Part shown: positions 62,375 to 64,000 of the stretch, piece after piece
Numbering within the stretch: position 1 is the stretch's first letter
Layout of the letters: each line of letters begins with the position of its first letter
From: Phoronis australis
Taxonomy: Eukaryota; Animalia; Phoronida
NCBI GenBank assembly: GCA_002633005.1
Contig: NMRA01000835.1
Location: 62,001-126,000 of the forward strand
Direction of reading: 5' to 3'
Length of the DNA: 64,000 nt
Position numbers and translations under genes: made by a program
The notes under the pieces: model-generated
Databases searched by the model: none
Seen by the model: the letters and a program-made list of their open reading frames with translations, nothing else
Told to the model about the DNA's origin: nothing

Positions 62375-63953
62375 GTGACCCACCACCACAAAATGAGTCT
62401 TAAGTCGGAAACTCTATTTCCTGACAAGACTGCAAACAGTCGCTATCGGTTAAAATTAGGTCAGATTTTTTTTATTGCAGAATATGATTATTTATTCATT
62501 CTACTTCACAAAACAATACTTTAAAACAAGCAAACTTCATTTTAAACCTTATTTATTTCATTTTAAAAAACATCACCTTCTCCGCGACTGCATATCTCGT
62601 GAAATTTTCATCGAAATTTGCCGGTTTTCGTGTCCTCATTGCTCAGTCTTCCGATGACCCAATTCGCTCGTAAACAAATCAACAGAAAGGTCAAACTCTG
62701 CTCATTATGCATGTAGTAAGCTCTTTGAGTTTTTCGTCCAATCATCAGTCGTTATTTCACTTTTTGCAGTCGGGGTATTTTCAACAGATGTGTCACTCAC
62801 CAGTCTTTTAGCTAGCAACGACCTTTTAACCCAATGCATCGCTGACATCATTCGCTAGAACTAGTTAAGTGGGTGTGAAACTGTGGGGTCGCGAGGTCAC
62901 GGCATGTTTTCAAGACAGTAAGATGGCTGGTCGCCGTGTAGCTGATATCTCAGTGATTAACTCTTGCCTGTGACTGCCGTATCAAGATCAGCGAGAATTA
63001 ACTGAACTCATCAAAGAGCACATTTGTTGATGGAGACAAGGAGCGATTTCGTGACAGCGACGAGTCGTCTGACGGCAGCAAATCGTCGCCAGAGGAGTTT
63101 CATGATCGACCCATCGTGAATACGGTTACGTTGGATTCCAAGTCGTTGGATTGGAACAAACAGAACTTGAAGAAAACAGTCCGGATTAGCTTAATCGCAC
63201 AACAATGTCTTGTATCTGCAAAGCCAGTCGATAGGGGTGCAAGCAGCTGAATATTACTGCTAGAGAGAACAATCTTCGATAGGGCTGAATCACTTGGTGA
63301 GAAGTCGAGGAAATCGTTGCTCTTCAGTCAGTGTCAGTGGACTTGGATAGGGATGAGTGATTGTCATTTTTTTCAAAATTATTCACACTAGCGTAAAATT
63401 TTGAATTATTTTGAACAAAAATCAGCCAGGTACGTGTATTTTGTAATCTACAGGACTTCATTTTATTAAACTTCTCCAAAATAAACTTTAACTACTTGTT
63501 TTACTTGCGGTAAACCCTCCTGCCACAAGTGGACTGACCCTGTATACATTAGCTGGGAAATTTATTGACCCAGTTGCACCATCCCAACATGAATATCACT
63601 CCTTTTTGGCTGAGATTACATAATAAGGTCTATATTCTTTCTAATTTTTGATTACTTTTATTTGTTTATGTTGTTGTGTATACTAATAAGTCTGAAATGT
63701 AGCATTCAACTGCAGGTTGCTATGGAAATTTTAGAGACACTATCGGCACTTTTTGTCAGCCATTTTCCTTGACTTTTGAAAGCTCTAAATTTTCGCTTTC
63801 CCCGACTAGAATTGGCAATAACTCGGTCATTTGTGAAGATAAGGACATGTTTCATACCTCAAAATGATCAGAAAACTCTGTATTTTCAGAAAAAAATAAC
63901 AATTAAAAAATGACAAATCCCGACTTAAGACTCATTTTGTGGTGGTGGGTCAC
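62375..63953. mobile_element. Non-autonomous DNA transposon with 34-bp perfect TIRs and a 4-bp ATTT TSD (Sola1-like)
   Basis: ATTT|gtgacccaccaccacaaaatgagtcttaagtcgg ... ccgacttaagactcattttgtggtggtgggtcac|ATTT. An AWWT 4-bp TSD is the described Sola1 preference. No intact transposase ORF. Confidence 0.85.
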
Positions 63954-64000
63954 ATTTATGATTTATCAATCCTTTTGTATAAGGTATGGCTTTTCTCCAC

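Overview
Eukaryotic, AT-rich, intron-rich genomic DNA that looks like an invertebrate (probably a lophotrochozoan such as a mollusc; this is an inference), with one 660-N gap at 10811-11470. Three spliced protein-coding genes could be rebuilt by hand from GT-AG junctions. (1) A complete 10-coding-exon SLC22 organic cation/anion transporter on the minus strand (21258->6482, about 675 aa) with an enlarged central loop. (2) A complete 11-exon 26S proteasome lid subunit PSMD12/Rpn5 on the plus strand (22512->39939, 447 aa), head-to-head with the SLC22 gene. (3) The 3' part of a prominin gene on the minus strand (61262->about 46712), convergent with PSMD12. Introns and intergenic DNA are full of mobile-element relics: an LTR+PBS+gag element with a helix-hairpin-helix-like N-terminus in PSMD12 intron 1, a Penelope GIY-YIG fragment, an RTE LINE tail, a THAP remnant, tRNA-derived SINE-like repeats, several MITE families and a Sola1-like TIR element. 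The most unusual structure is a roughly 300-bp fold-back element (48805-49108) carrying two oppositely oriented minimal hammerhead-ribozyme motifs; only the copy in the host-sense orientation has lost stem II. Most short ORFs in the supplied track are spurious.
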